From contig NC_091284.1 in assembly GCF_032444005.1 (NCBI RefSeq), forward strand, positions 826,646,001 to 826,710,000: DNA of 64,000 nucleotides. The letters are read 5' to 3'. This document shows, piece after piece, positions 13,601 through 24,101 of this stretch (position 1 is its first letter; every line of letters begins with the position of its first letter). A program made the position numbers and the translations under genes. Below the pieces are notes generated by a model, which did no database searches, had not been told where the DNA came from, and was given only the letters and a program-made list of their open reading frames with translations. Source of the stretch: Ranitomeya imitator (Eukaryota).

Positions 13601-16600
13601 GAGCGGACCCTGCAGATAAATACAGACACCAGACCGGACCCCGCAGATAAATACAGACCCCGGACCGGACCCTGCAGATAAATACAGAACCCACACCGGA
13701 CCCTGCAGATAAATACAGACCCCAGACCGGACCCTGCAGATAAATACAGAACCCAGACCGGACCCTGCAGATAAATACAGACCCCAGACCGGACCCTGCA
13801 GATAAATACAGACCCCAGAGCGGACCCCGCAGATAAATAAAGACCCCAGACCGGACCCTGCAGATAAATACAGACCCAAGACCGGACCCTGCAGATAAAT
13901 ACAGACCCCAGACCGGACCCTGCAGATAAATACAGACCCCGGACCGGACCCCGCAGATAAATATAGACCCCGGACCGGACCCTACAGATAAATACAGACC
14001 CCAGACCGGACCCTGCAGATAAATACAGACCCCAGACCGGACCCTGCAGATAAATACAGACCCAAGACCGGACCCTGCAGATAAATACAGACCCCAGACC
14101 GGACCCTGCAGATAAATACAGACCCCGGACCGGACCCTGCAGATAAATACAGACACCAGACCGGACCCTGTAGATAAATACAGACCCGGACCGGACCCTG
14201 CAGATAAATACAGACCCCAGACCAGACCCTGCAGATAAATACAGACCCCAGACCGGATCCTGCAGATAAATACAGACCCCGGACCGGACCCTTTAGATAA
14301 ATACAGACCCCGGACCGGACCCTGCAGATAAATACAGACCCCGGACCGGACCCTGCAGAAAAATACAGACCCCGGACCGGACCCTGCAGATAAATACAGA
14401 CCCCGGACCGGACCCCACAGATAAATACAGACCCCGGACCCTGCAGATAAATACAAACCCCAGAGCGGACCCCGCATATAAATACAGACCCCAGACCGGA
14501 CCCTGCAGATAAATACAGACCCCAGACCGGACCCTGCAGATAAATACAGACCCCAGACCGGACCCTGCAGATAAATACAGACCCCGAACCCTGCAGATAA
14601 ATACAGACCTCAGACCGGACCCCGCAGATAAATACAGACCCCGGACCGGACCCTGCAGATAAATACAGACCCCAGACCGGACCCTGCAGATAAATACAGA
14701 ACCCAGACCGGACCCTGCAGATAAATACAGACCCCAGACCGGACCCTGCAGATAAATACAGACCCTGGACCGAACCCCGCAGATAAATACAGACCCCAGA
14801 CCGGACCCTGCAGATAAATACAGACCCCAGACCGGACCCTGCAGATAAATACAGAACCCAGACCGGACCCTGCAGATAAATACAGAACCCAGACCGGACC
14901 CTGCAGATAAATACAGACCCCGGACCCTGCAGATAAATACAGACCCCGGACCGGACCCTGCAGATAAATACAGACCCCAGACCGGACCCTGTAGATAAAT
15001 ACAGACCCCGGACCGGACCCCACAGATAAATACAGACCCCGGACCGGACCCTGCAGATAAATACAGACCCCAGAGCGGACCCCGCAGATAAATTCAGACC
15101 CCAGACCGGACCCTGCAGATAAATACAGACCCCAGACCAGAACCCTGCAGATAAATACAGACCCCAGACCAGACCCTGCAGATAAATAGAGACCCCAGAC
15201 CGGACCCTGCAGATAAATACAGACCCCGGACCGGACCCCGCAGATAAATACAGACCCCGGACCGGACCCTACAGATAAATACAGACCCCAGACCGGACCC
15301 CGCAGATAAATACAGACCCCGGACCGGACCCTGCAGATAAATACAGACCCCAGACCGGACCCCGCAGATAAATACAGACCCCGGACCGGACCCTGCAGAT
15401 AAATACAGACCCCAGACCGGACCCTGCAGATAAATACAGAACCCAGACCGGACCCTGCAGATAAATACAGACCCCAGACCGGACCCTGCAGATAAATACA
15501 GACCCCGGACCGAACCTCGCAGATAAATACAGACCCCAGACCGGACCCTGCAGATAAATACAGAACCCAGACCGGACCCTGCAGATAAATACAGACCCCG
15601 GACTGGACCCTGCAGATAAATACAGACCCCGGACCGGACCCTGCAGATAAATACAGACCCCAGAGCGGACCCTGCAGATAAATACAGACCCCAGACCGGA
15701 CCCTGCAGATAAATACAGAACCCAGACCAGACCCTGCAGATAAATACAGACCCCAGAGCGGACCCCGCAGATAAATACAGACCCCGGACCGGACCCTGCA
15801 GATAAATACAGAACCCAGACCGGACCCTGCAGATAAATACAGACCCGGACTGGACCCTGCAGATAGATACAGACCCCGGACCGGTCTCTGCAGATAAATA
15901 CAGACCCCGGACCGGACCCTGCAGATAAATACAGACCCGGACCGGACCCTGCAGATAAATACAGACCCCAGAGCGGACCCAGCAGATAAATACAGACCCC
16001 AGACTGGACCCTGCAGATAAATACAGAACCCAGACCGGACCCTGCAGATAAATACAGACCCCAGACCGGACCCTGCAGATAAATACAGAACCCAGACTGG
16101 ACCCCACAGATAAATACAGACCCCATACCGGACCCCACAGATAGATACAGACCCCAGACCGGACCCTGCAGATAAATACAGACCCCGGACCAGACCCCGC
16201 AGATAAATACAGACCCCAGACCGGACCCTGCAGATAAATACAGACCCCGGACCAGACCCCGCAGATAAATACAGACCCCAGACCGGACCCTGCAGATAAA
16301 TACAGAACCCAGACCGGACCCTGCAGATAGATACAGACCCCGGACCAGACCCCACAGATAAATACAGACCCCAGACCGGACCCTGCAGATAAATACAGAC
16401 ACCAGACCGGACCCTGCAGATAAATACAGACCCTGACCGGACCCTGCAGATAAATACAGACCCTGACCGGACCCTGCAGATAAATACAGACCCCAGACTG
16501 GACCCTGCAGATAAATACAGATCCCGGACCGCACCCTGCAGATAAATACAGACCCCAGACCGGACCCCGCAGATAAATACAGACCCCGGACCGGACCCTG

Positions 16601-17775
16601 CAGATAAATACAGACCCCAGACCGGACCCTGCAGATAAATACAGACACCAGACCGGACCCTGCAGATAAATACAGACCACAGACTGGACCCTGCAGATAA
16701 ATACAGACCCCAGACCGGAACCCGCAGATAAATACAGACCCCAGATCGGATCCGGCAGATAAATACAGAACCCAGACCGGACCCTGCAGATAAATACAGA
16801 CCCCGGACCGGACCCTGCAGATAAATACAGACACCAGACCGGACCCTGCAGATAAATACAGACCCCGGACCGGACCCTGCAGATAAATACAGACCCCGGA
16901 CCGGACCCTGCAGATAAATACAGACCCCAGACCGGACCCTGCAGATAAATACAGACCCTGACCGGACCCTGCAGATAAATACAGACCCCAGACTGGACCC
17001 TGCAGATAAATACAGACCCCGGACCGGACCCTGCAGATAAATACAGACACCAGACCGGACCCTGCAGATAAATACAGACCCCAGACCAGACCCTGCAGAT
17101 AAATACAGACCCCGGACTGGACCCCACAGATAAATACAGACCCCGGACCGGACCCTGCAGATAAATACAGACCCCAGACTGGACCCTGCAGATAAATACA
17201 GACCCCGGACCGGACCCTGCAGATAAATACAGACCCGGACCGGACCCTGCAGATAAATACAGACCCTGACCGGACCCTGCAGATAAATACAGACCCCAGA
17301 CCGGACCCTGCAGATAAATGCAGACCCCAGACCGGACCCTGCAGATTAATACAGACCCCAGACTGGAACCTGCAGATAAATACAGACCCCGGACCGCACC
17401 CTGCAGATAAATACAGACACCAGACCGGACCCTGCAGATAAATACAGACCCTGACCGGACCCTGCAGATAAATACAGACCCCAGACCGGACCCTGCAGAT
17501 AAATACAGACCCCAGACCGGACCCTGCAGATAAATACAGACCCCAGACTGGAACCTGCAGATAAATACAGACCCCGGACCGGACCCTGCAGATAAATACA
17601 GACCCCGGACCGGACCCTGCAGATAAATACAGACCCCGGACCGGACCCTGCAGATAAATACAGACCCCAGACCGGACCCCGCAGATAAATACAGACCCCA
17701 TACCGAACCCCGCAGATAAATAGAGACCCCGGACCGGACCCTACAGATAAATACAGACCCCAGACCAGATCCCTG
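4624..17775. repeat. Minisatellite, 31-bp unit (CAGATAAATACAGACCCCAGACCGGACCCTG), ~13.1 kb, ~420 copies, in putative UCP3 intron 1; degenerate tail to ~18120
   Basis: Periodicity read directly; source of the 200-1500 aa minus-strand ORFs. Confidence 0.97.
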
Positions 17776-18346
17776 AATATATACAACCCCCAGACCAGAC
17801 CCCTAAGTAAATATAGACCCCAAACCAGACCCCATAAACTAATGCAGACACCAGACCAGACCCCTGACTATATACAACCCCCAGAGTAGACCTCTAAATA
17901 AACACAGACCTCAGCCCAGACCCCTAAATATATACAGACCCTCAACCCAGACCCCTAAATATATACAGACCCTCAGCCCAGAGCCCCTAAACTAACACAA
18001 ATGCCAGAACCAAGACCAGACCTCTTACACCAATGCAGATCTGAGATCAGGTTTCTAGATTAATGAAAGTCCCCCAAAACTACAGACATCAGTCTCCATA
18101 ACACCAATCCAGACCCCTTTAATAAGTGCCACAGACCAGACTGCCCCCATTATATATATAACCAGTTTGCAGCAGGACATTTTGTGACATTTTGCAGAAA
18201 ACAGCTGAATGGAAGGGACTCACTGGGAAATGTAGTATTTTGGGGGTAATGTGCTAGTGCGGGGGCACCCGGCCTCTAGGAGATCTGTGGACGGAATCTG
18301 GGTGAAGGGTGAGACTTGTTGACACGTATATAATCACCGGGTGCCA

Positions 18347-18359
18347 TGACTTGTGACCT
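18347..18359 (-). promoter_or_regulatory. Candidate DR1 / PPAR-RXR element AGGTCA-C-AAGTCA in unique sequence of putative intron 1
   Basis: Plus strand TGACTT-G-TGACCT, one mismatch to DR1 consensus; motif only. Confidence 0.35.
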
Positions 18360-19199
18360 TACCCGGGTGTGCTGATCACTGACATATGTGAAGCCTTTCC
18401 CCCTGCCAAGTCAGATCTGCGCTCACGTCCTCCGCTGACCCGACGTCCTCTGTGGTCACCGGCACCAGAACATCACAGAGGTTTTAATCTTGGTGAAAAT
18501 AGAAATTTCTTCAAAAATTGTGTCAGTTGTCACCGCCGTCTTGGAATTCTATTCGTAAAGTCTGACATATGGAGATGGGTAGGATCGGGGTCCTATGAGG
18601 ACCACAGGCGACCGGTCGTGCGACCACCGCGTGCTTGTAGCTCTAATTATACAAATAAATTATTTTATTAAAAAAATGGAAAAAATTACCTGACTTTCCG
18701 GAAGAGGCTACTCTGTGGTCTGGAGACATCATCTCACCGATATTCTATGGGTGTATGTACACCGTATATATATATATATATATATTTGTTTTGGGGCTTA
18801 TTTTTACATCAGTTCCCAAGCCCTCGCCTCGGGCGGCGGGGGCGGCCTTTCAACCCTTCATTTTACGTCAGATCTGATTCATTCTTTCTATTCTATTCTG
18901 TCCGGAGACTTAAACCGAAATCTCTCTAGAGAATAGAACGGTCTCATTCTCAGGACTGAGGATAGAAAGACGGAAAGACAAGACAGTAAATTCCTTTCTT
19001 TTTATAGATCTTCTTAATCCCGAGGCGGGCGGGACTGAAACCCCACGAGTACAGGTGCCGATGTACGTACAGAGGTGCTGAAAACATTCACTGAATAATC
19101 CCGGGGGCCGGGAAAGAACCCAGGGATGTCGCCGAAAATACAGGAAGGATTCTGCACATGAGTTTTATCCAATTTTATGACAATTTAGGGGAGCGGGAA

Positions 19200-19810
19200 A
19201 TTAGGGATTTTAAAATATTTGGAAAAAAAAGTTTATTTTATCCTATAATGTACTGAAAAATTAGAAAAAAAAATTCAATTGCAGTGAAATGGTGAAAAAA
19301 TAAACAAAATTCCGCTGTTTTTGTGTTTTGCAGAGTTCATTAGGGAAGGAAAATTGATCCGACATTATGGTTCTCCGGCTCAGTATCATTACGGTGACAG
19401 ATTACATAAGTGGTGAATAAAAATGCAGAACTTTGTAAAAAAAAAAAAAAATGTTATGTTTCCATTTTTGGAGTTTCGTAACATTTTTACTTTGGATCTG
19501 TTTTTTTTTTAGCTGTTGTTTGTATTGATACAGAATTGTGGTGCATGCAATGTTTTGGTTGCTCTTTTTTGCAATTTTTGGGTGACTGAAAAAACAACAA
19601 TTGTGGCATTTCGATTATATTTCCTAATGAACTCGTTAATTTTTAATTGTAATACATCATGTGTGTAGTAATATTGAATATATTTATTTTTTTATAAATT
19701 TTTTTTTAACCTTTTTTATTTTTTTTTTAAATATATATATTTTATTTTTTTTCATTATTTATTTTTCTTACTCTCCATAGGGTATATTGGCCTATGATAT
19801 ATATTGATTG
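19200..19810 (+). mobile_element. Degraded fragment of the TTAA/piggyBac-like family also seen at 45251 and 57105
   Basis: Similar blocks by eye (AAAAAAATTCAATTGCAGTGAAATGGTGAAAAAA vs AAAAAAATCCAAGTGCGGTGAAATTGTAAAAAA; ATTATGGTTCTCCGG vs ATTATGATTCTCCAG). Confidence 0.5.
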
Positions 19811-20339
19811 GAAATAATCCCAACGAAACAGTGATGATTGATGAAAACTAACAAAATTAATATACAATATATTTCATCTTTTTGAAAGTTCTGTAAATAT
19901 GAATGATACATCTATATTTTATAGATTAGTGTTTTATGTATATTTTTTAATTTATTTTTAAATATAATATATTTTTATTTTTCAATATATTTAATAATTA
20001 TTTTAAATAAAAATAATATAATAATAATGATGCATATTCTCTTATTACAACCATTTATATGGTCATGTTTTTTTTTATATTACATTATTCTTTATGGAGG
20101 AGGCCATTTTCTGGTCTATTTGTAATTTAAATGATTATGTTATTTTATATTATATAACATTTTCTATTATTATTATCATTTATAATATGTATATTTTCTG
20201 TAGCTTAGTTGATTATATTATTTTACATTATTTTTACATTATAATTTATGTTTCGTTATATTATTATTACTATTATTATTATTATATTTTCCATACATTC
20301 TCATTGTATTATTTCTCTTCCCACATTTTCCCTTCCTAC

Positions 20340-20392
20340 CTATGGTCCACGCTCCTGGTCTCGCTGCGTCTCTCTCTCGCTCTGAGTCCAGT
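20340..20392 (-). other. UCP3: Putative non-coding exon 1 of UCP3
   Basis: Starts ~25-30 nt downstream of a TATAAAA, ends at donor CATAG|gtagga (20340/20339); mammalian UCP3 has an untranslated exon 1; TSS approximate. Confidence 0.55.
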
Positions 20393-20413
20393 GTTGACTC
20401 GTGGGACCTTCGC

Positions 20414-20420
20414 TTTTATA
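20414..20420 (-). promoter_or_regulatory. TATA box (TATAAAA) of putative UCP3 promoter; tandem CANNTG E-boxes at 20484-20489 and 20491-20496
   Basis: Plus strand TTTTATA, correctly spaced from the putative exon 1. Confidence 0.55.
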
Positions 20421-20902
20421 TTTTGGGCACAGCAGCCTCATCTAATTACAACATCTCCTGGAACAGGGGCCGAAAACACGGATCACTTGTCACTTGTGTA
20501 AATCAGTGTGTGTGACAGAACAAAGCACAAAGAGCTCAGGCCTCGTTCACACTGACCCTGGACCGGAACCAAAGTTCTATATTATGTCTGTCCAATATGC
20601 GTTCCATCCCCTATAGTGAAAAATGACGGTACTCATGGGGTTACATTTCGAAATGGGTCTTTCTGGAGTTCTTCTTACAAATTTGGAGTTTGGGAAAGCT
20701 TGGTGACAGTCCTGGCGAGAGCTGTAATGGTAGTAACAAGACTACCCCCGGGCCCCACCAACCATCTCGGATCCAGGGGCACAGTCCCTGGTTTTGGGGT
20801 CTTGTCCTGCTTTCAGCTGCATCTAGGTCTTTAGGTGCAGATACATAGTGAACATAGTGGTGGAGCGGAGGAGAGATGGGCACTATGTAGAAACACACTG
20901 GA

Positions 20903-21990
20903 GGCATCATACGGTGTGCAGGGACCATCATACTGTGTGCGGGGCATCATACTGTGTGTGGGGCTGTGGGGCATCATACTGTGTGTGGGGCTGTGGGGCA
21001 TCATACTGTGTGTGGGGGCTGTGGGGCATCATACTGTGTGTGGGGCTGTGGGGCATCATACTGTGTGTGGGGCTGTGGGGCATCATACTGTGTGTGGGGC
21101 TGTGGGGCATCATACTGTGTGTGGGGCTGTGGGGCATCATACTGTGTGTGGGGGCTGTGGGGCATCATACTGTGTGTGGGGCCTGTGGGGCATCATACTG
21201 TGTGTGGGGGCTGTGGGGCATCATACTGTGTGTGGGGGCTGTGGGGCATCATACTGTGTGTGGGGGCTGTGGGGCATCATACTGTGTGTGGGGGCTGTGG
21301 GGCATCATACTGTGTGTGGGGGCTGTGGGGCATCATACTGTGTGTGGGGCTGTGGGGCATCATACTGTGTGTGGGGCTGTGGGGCATCATACTGTGTGTG
21401 GGGCTGTGGGGCATCATACTGTGTGTGGGGCTGTGGGGCATCATACTGTGTGTGGGGGCTGTGGGGCATCATACTGTGTATGGGGCATCATACTGTGTGT
21501 GGGGGCATCATACTGTGTGTGTGGGGCATCATACTGTGTGTGGGGCTATGGGGCATCATACTGAGTGTGGGGGCTGTGGGGCATCATACTGTGTGTGGGG
21601 GCTGTGGGGCATCATACTGTGTGTGGGGGCTGTGGGGCATCATACTGTGTGTGGGGGCTGTGGGGCATCATACTGTGTGTGGGGGCTGTGGGGCATCATA
21701 CTGTGTGTGGGGGGCTGTGGGGCATCATACTGTGTGTGGGGGCTGTGGGGCATTATACTGTGTGTGGGGCATCATACTGTGTGTGTGGGGCTGTGGGGCA
21801 TCATACTGTGTGTGGGGCTGTGGGGCATCATACTGTGTATGGGGCATCATACTGTGTGTGGGGACTGTGGGGCATCATACTGTGTGTGGGCCATCATACT
21901 GTGTGTGGGGCTGTGGGGCATCATACTGTGTGTAGGGACTGCCTGTGGGGCATCATACTGTGTGTAGGGGCTGTGGGGCATCATACTGTG
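20903..21990. repeat. G-rich minisatellite, 27-28-bp unit (GGGCTGTGGGGCATCATACTGTGTGTG)
   Basis: Periodicity read directly. Confidence 0.95.
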
Positions 21991-22699
21991 AAGGGGCACT
22001 CTGGGGAAATCAATTTCTGTAGGTGGACTCTGGGGGCATCATATTGTGTAAGAGGATTCTTGGGGCATCAGGGGGCACTGCAGGGTCATCATATTATGAA
22101 AAGAAGGCACTGTGTGGGCGTCATGTGTGGGGGCAATGTTGGGGTATCGTACTGTGTGAAGGGCATAAAAAGGTATTAACCTGTGAGGGACCTCTGAGGG
22201 GCGTTACTGGTGGCACACGGTCTGTGTTTTTCCACAAGGCCTGGGTGAGGTTAGAGGGGCGTCTCCTGTTCCTTTGGTAATAATGGCCGTCATGGCCGGG
22301 ACATTTCTTTGCTCCTCCAGTAATGTAGGGGGGGACACAGTCTATGTCTTCCCCGCATCCTCATATTTCCAGGTCGGGGCCCACACCCACTTCTGTACTT
22401 GCCACAGAGACACGCCAGCGCCTGCTGCCAACGATCCCATTATGGGGCACGTCCTGGGCTGTGAGCAGCTGGATTTATGGAGACTTCGCCCTAACCTGTG
22501 GTGTCATCGGGGTGGGGTAATAACATTGCATTTCGTCTGGTGGTGTATCATCGGATCGCCCCTTTGTGGGGTGAACAGGGGGTCAGTGGCTGCGGGTGAG
22601 ACCCCGCTATGGTAAACATTGGCGGATCAGTGGCAGCCTCTAGGACCATGGCGGACGGGGTCACGGGGAAAGCTGTCTGACAACCCTATGGCCACACGG

Positions 22700-23784
22700 C
22701 ATTATAGAGGTTGTCAGACAGATCTACTACAGGACAGAGCGGCCGCCATGTTTGTTGTCGTCCATCTTCCCCAGCTCTCCCCTCGCCTGCTGTGCCCTCA
22801 CCATCCCCTGCAGACTGTGAGCCCTCGCGGGCAGGGTCCTCTCTCCCCCTGCAGACTGTGAGCCCTCGCGGGCAGGGTCCTCTCTCCCCCTGCACACTGT
22901 GAGCCCTCGCGGGCAGGGTCCTCTCTCCCCCTGCAGACTGTGAGCCCTCGCGGGCAGGGTCCTCTCTCCCCCTGCACACTGTGAGCCATCGCGGGCAGGG
23001 TCCTCTCTCCCCCTGCAGACTGTGAGCCCTCGCGGGCAGGGTCCTCCCTCCTCCTGCAGACTGTGAGCCCTCGCGGGCAGGGTCCTCTCTCCCCCTGCAG
23101 ACTGTGAGCCCTCGCGGGCAGGGTCCTCTCTCCCCCTGCAGACTGTGAGCCCTCACGGGCAGGGTCCTCTCTCCTCCTGCAGACTGTGAGCCCTCGCGGG
23201 CAGGGTCCTCTCTCCTCCTGCAGACTGTGAGCCCTCGCAGGCAGGTTCCTCTCTCCTCCTGCAGACTGTGAGCCCTCGCAGGCAGGTTCCTCTCTCCTCC
23301 TGCAGACTGTGAGCCCTCGCGGGCAAGGTTCCTCTCTCCTCCTGCAGACTGTGAGCCCTCGCAGGCAGGTTCCTCTCTCCTCCTGCAGACTGTGAGCCCT
23401 CGCGGGCAAGGTTCTCTCTCCCCCTGCAGACTGTGAGCCCTCGCGGGCAGGTTCCTCTCTCCTCCTGCAGACTGTGAGCCCTCGCAGGCAGGTTCCTCTC
23501 TCCTCCTGCAGACTGTGAGCCCTCGCGGGCAGGTTCCTCTCTCCTCCTGCAGACTGTGAGCCCTCGCGGGCAAGGTTCTCTCTCCCCCTGCAGACTGTGA
23601 GCCCTCGCGGGCAAGTTCCTCTCTCCTCCTGCAGACTGTGAGCCCTCGCGGGCAGGTTCCTCTCTCCTTATGTACCCGTGTGCCTTCTTGTTTCACTCAT
23701 GTTTATTGTGCTTGTCTATCTCTGCCCCTTTCACATGTAAAGCGCCGTGGAATAAATGGCGCTATAAAATGTCTGATAATAATA
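22700..23784 (+). mobile_element. 5'-truncated L2-type LINE/SINE 3' end with an internal tandem expansion
   Basis: Ends TGTAAAGCGCCGTGGAATAAATGGCGCTATAAAA...TAATAATA, resembling the terminus of the L2 at 62321-62386; left edge uncertain. Confidence 0.7.
22808..23668. repeat. Minisatellite, 41-bp unit (CTGCAGACTGTGAGCCCTCGCGGGCAGGGTCCTCTCTCCCC), ~21 copies
   Basis: Period 41 checked at 22808/22849/22890. Confidence 0.95.
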
Positions 23785-24101
23785 GGAGGCCGGGGGCTGA
23801 TGTCCTGCTGCCGTGGTCACGGTGTTCCTGCTGACACCGGGTGGAAAGTGCCACATCTCCGCGCGTCACGGAAGATTATTCCTAGAAGTGACAGCGAACG
23901 TCTCATCCCGTCACCACACAGCCCCGTGATTGGCTGGAGGCGTGGAGCTCAGCCAATCAGCATCAGGGGCTGGTGGAGGGCCCGGTCCTGGTGACATCAC
24001 AAGGCGATATCCAGCACCTTGTTTACCGGAGACGGAGGAAACCCGACCCACGCAGTGCACCCGAGCTACTGTACCACAGCGCGCAGGCTGAGATACCACA
24101 C

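Noticed and set aside
4570-17786. Minus-strand ORFs of 200-1496 aa (GSVFICRVRSGVCIYLQGPVWGLYLSAG repeats)
   Set aside because: Translation of a 31-bp unit that has no stop in any minus frame; all three frames are open, which marks non-coding repeat
19600-20330. AT-rich ORF 20094-20501
   Set aside because: Low-complexity (TAT)n and poly-T sequence
20553-20565. Second DR1-like motif CGGTCC-A-GGGTCA upstream of the TATA
   Set aside because: Two mismatches in one half-site and it adjoins a Harbinger-like end fragment; too weak to call
20835-23696. Cys/Gly- and Arg-rich ORFs on both strands
   Set aside because: Products of the 27-bp and 41-bp arrays
23880-24100. CpG-rich patch with inverted CCAAT boxes as a separate promoter
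   Set aside because: No exon or ORF attached; inverted ATTGG/CCAAT pairs are common in the local TEs
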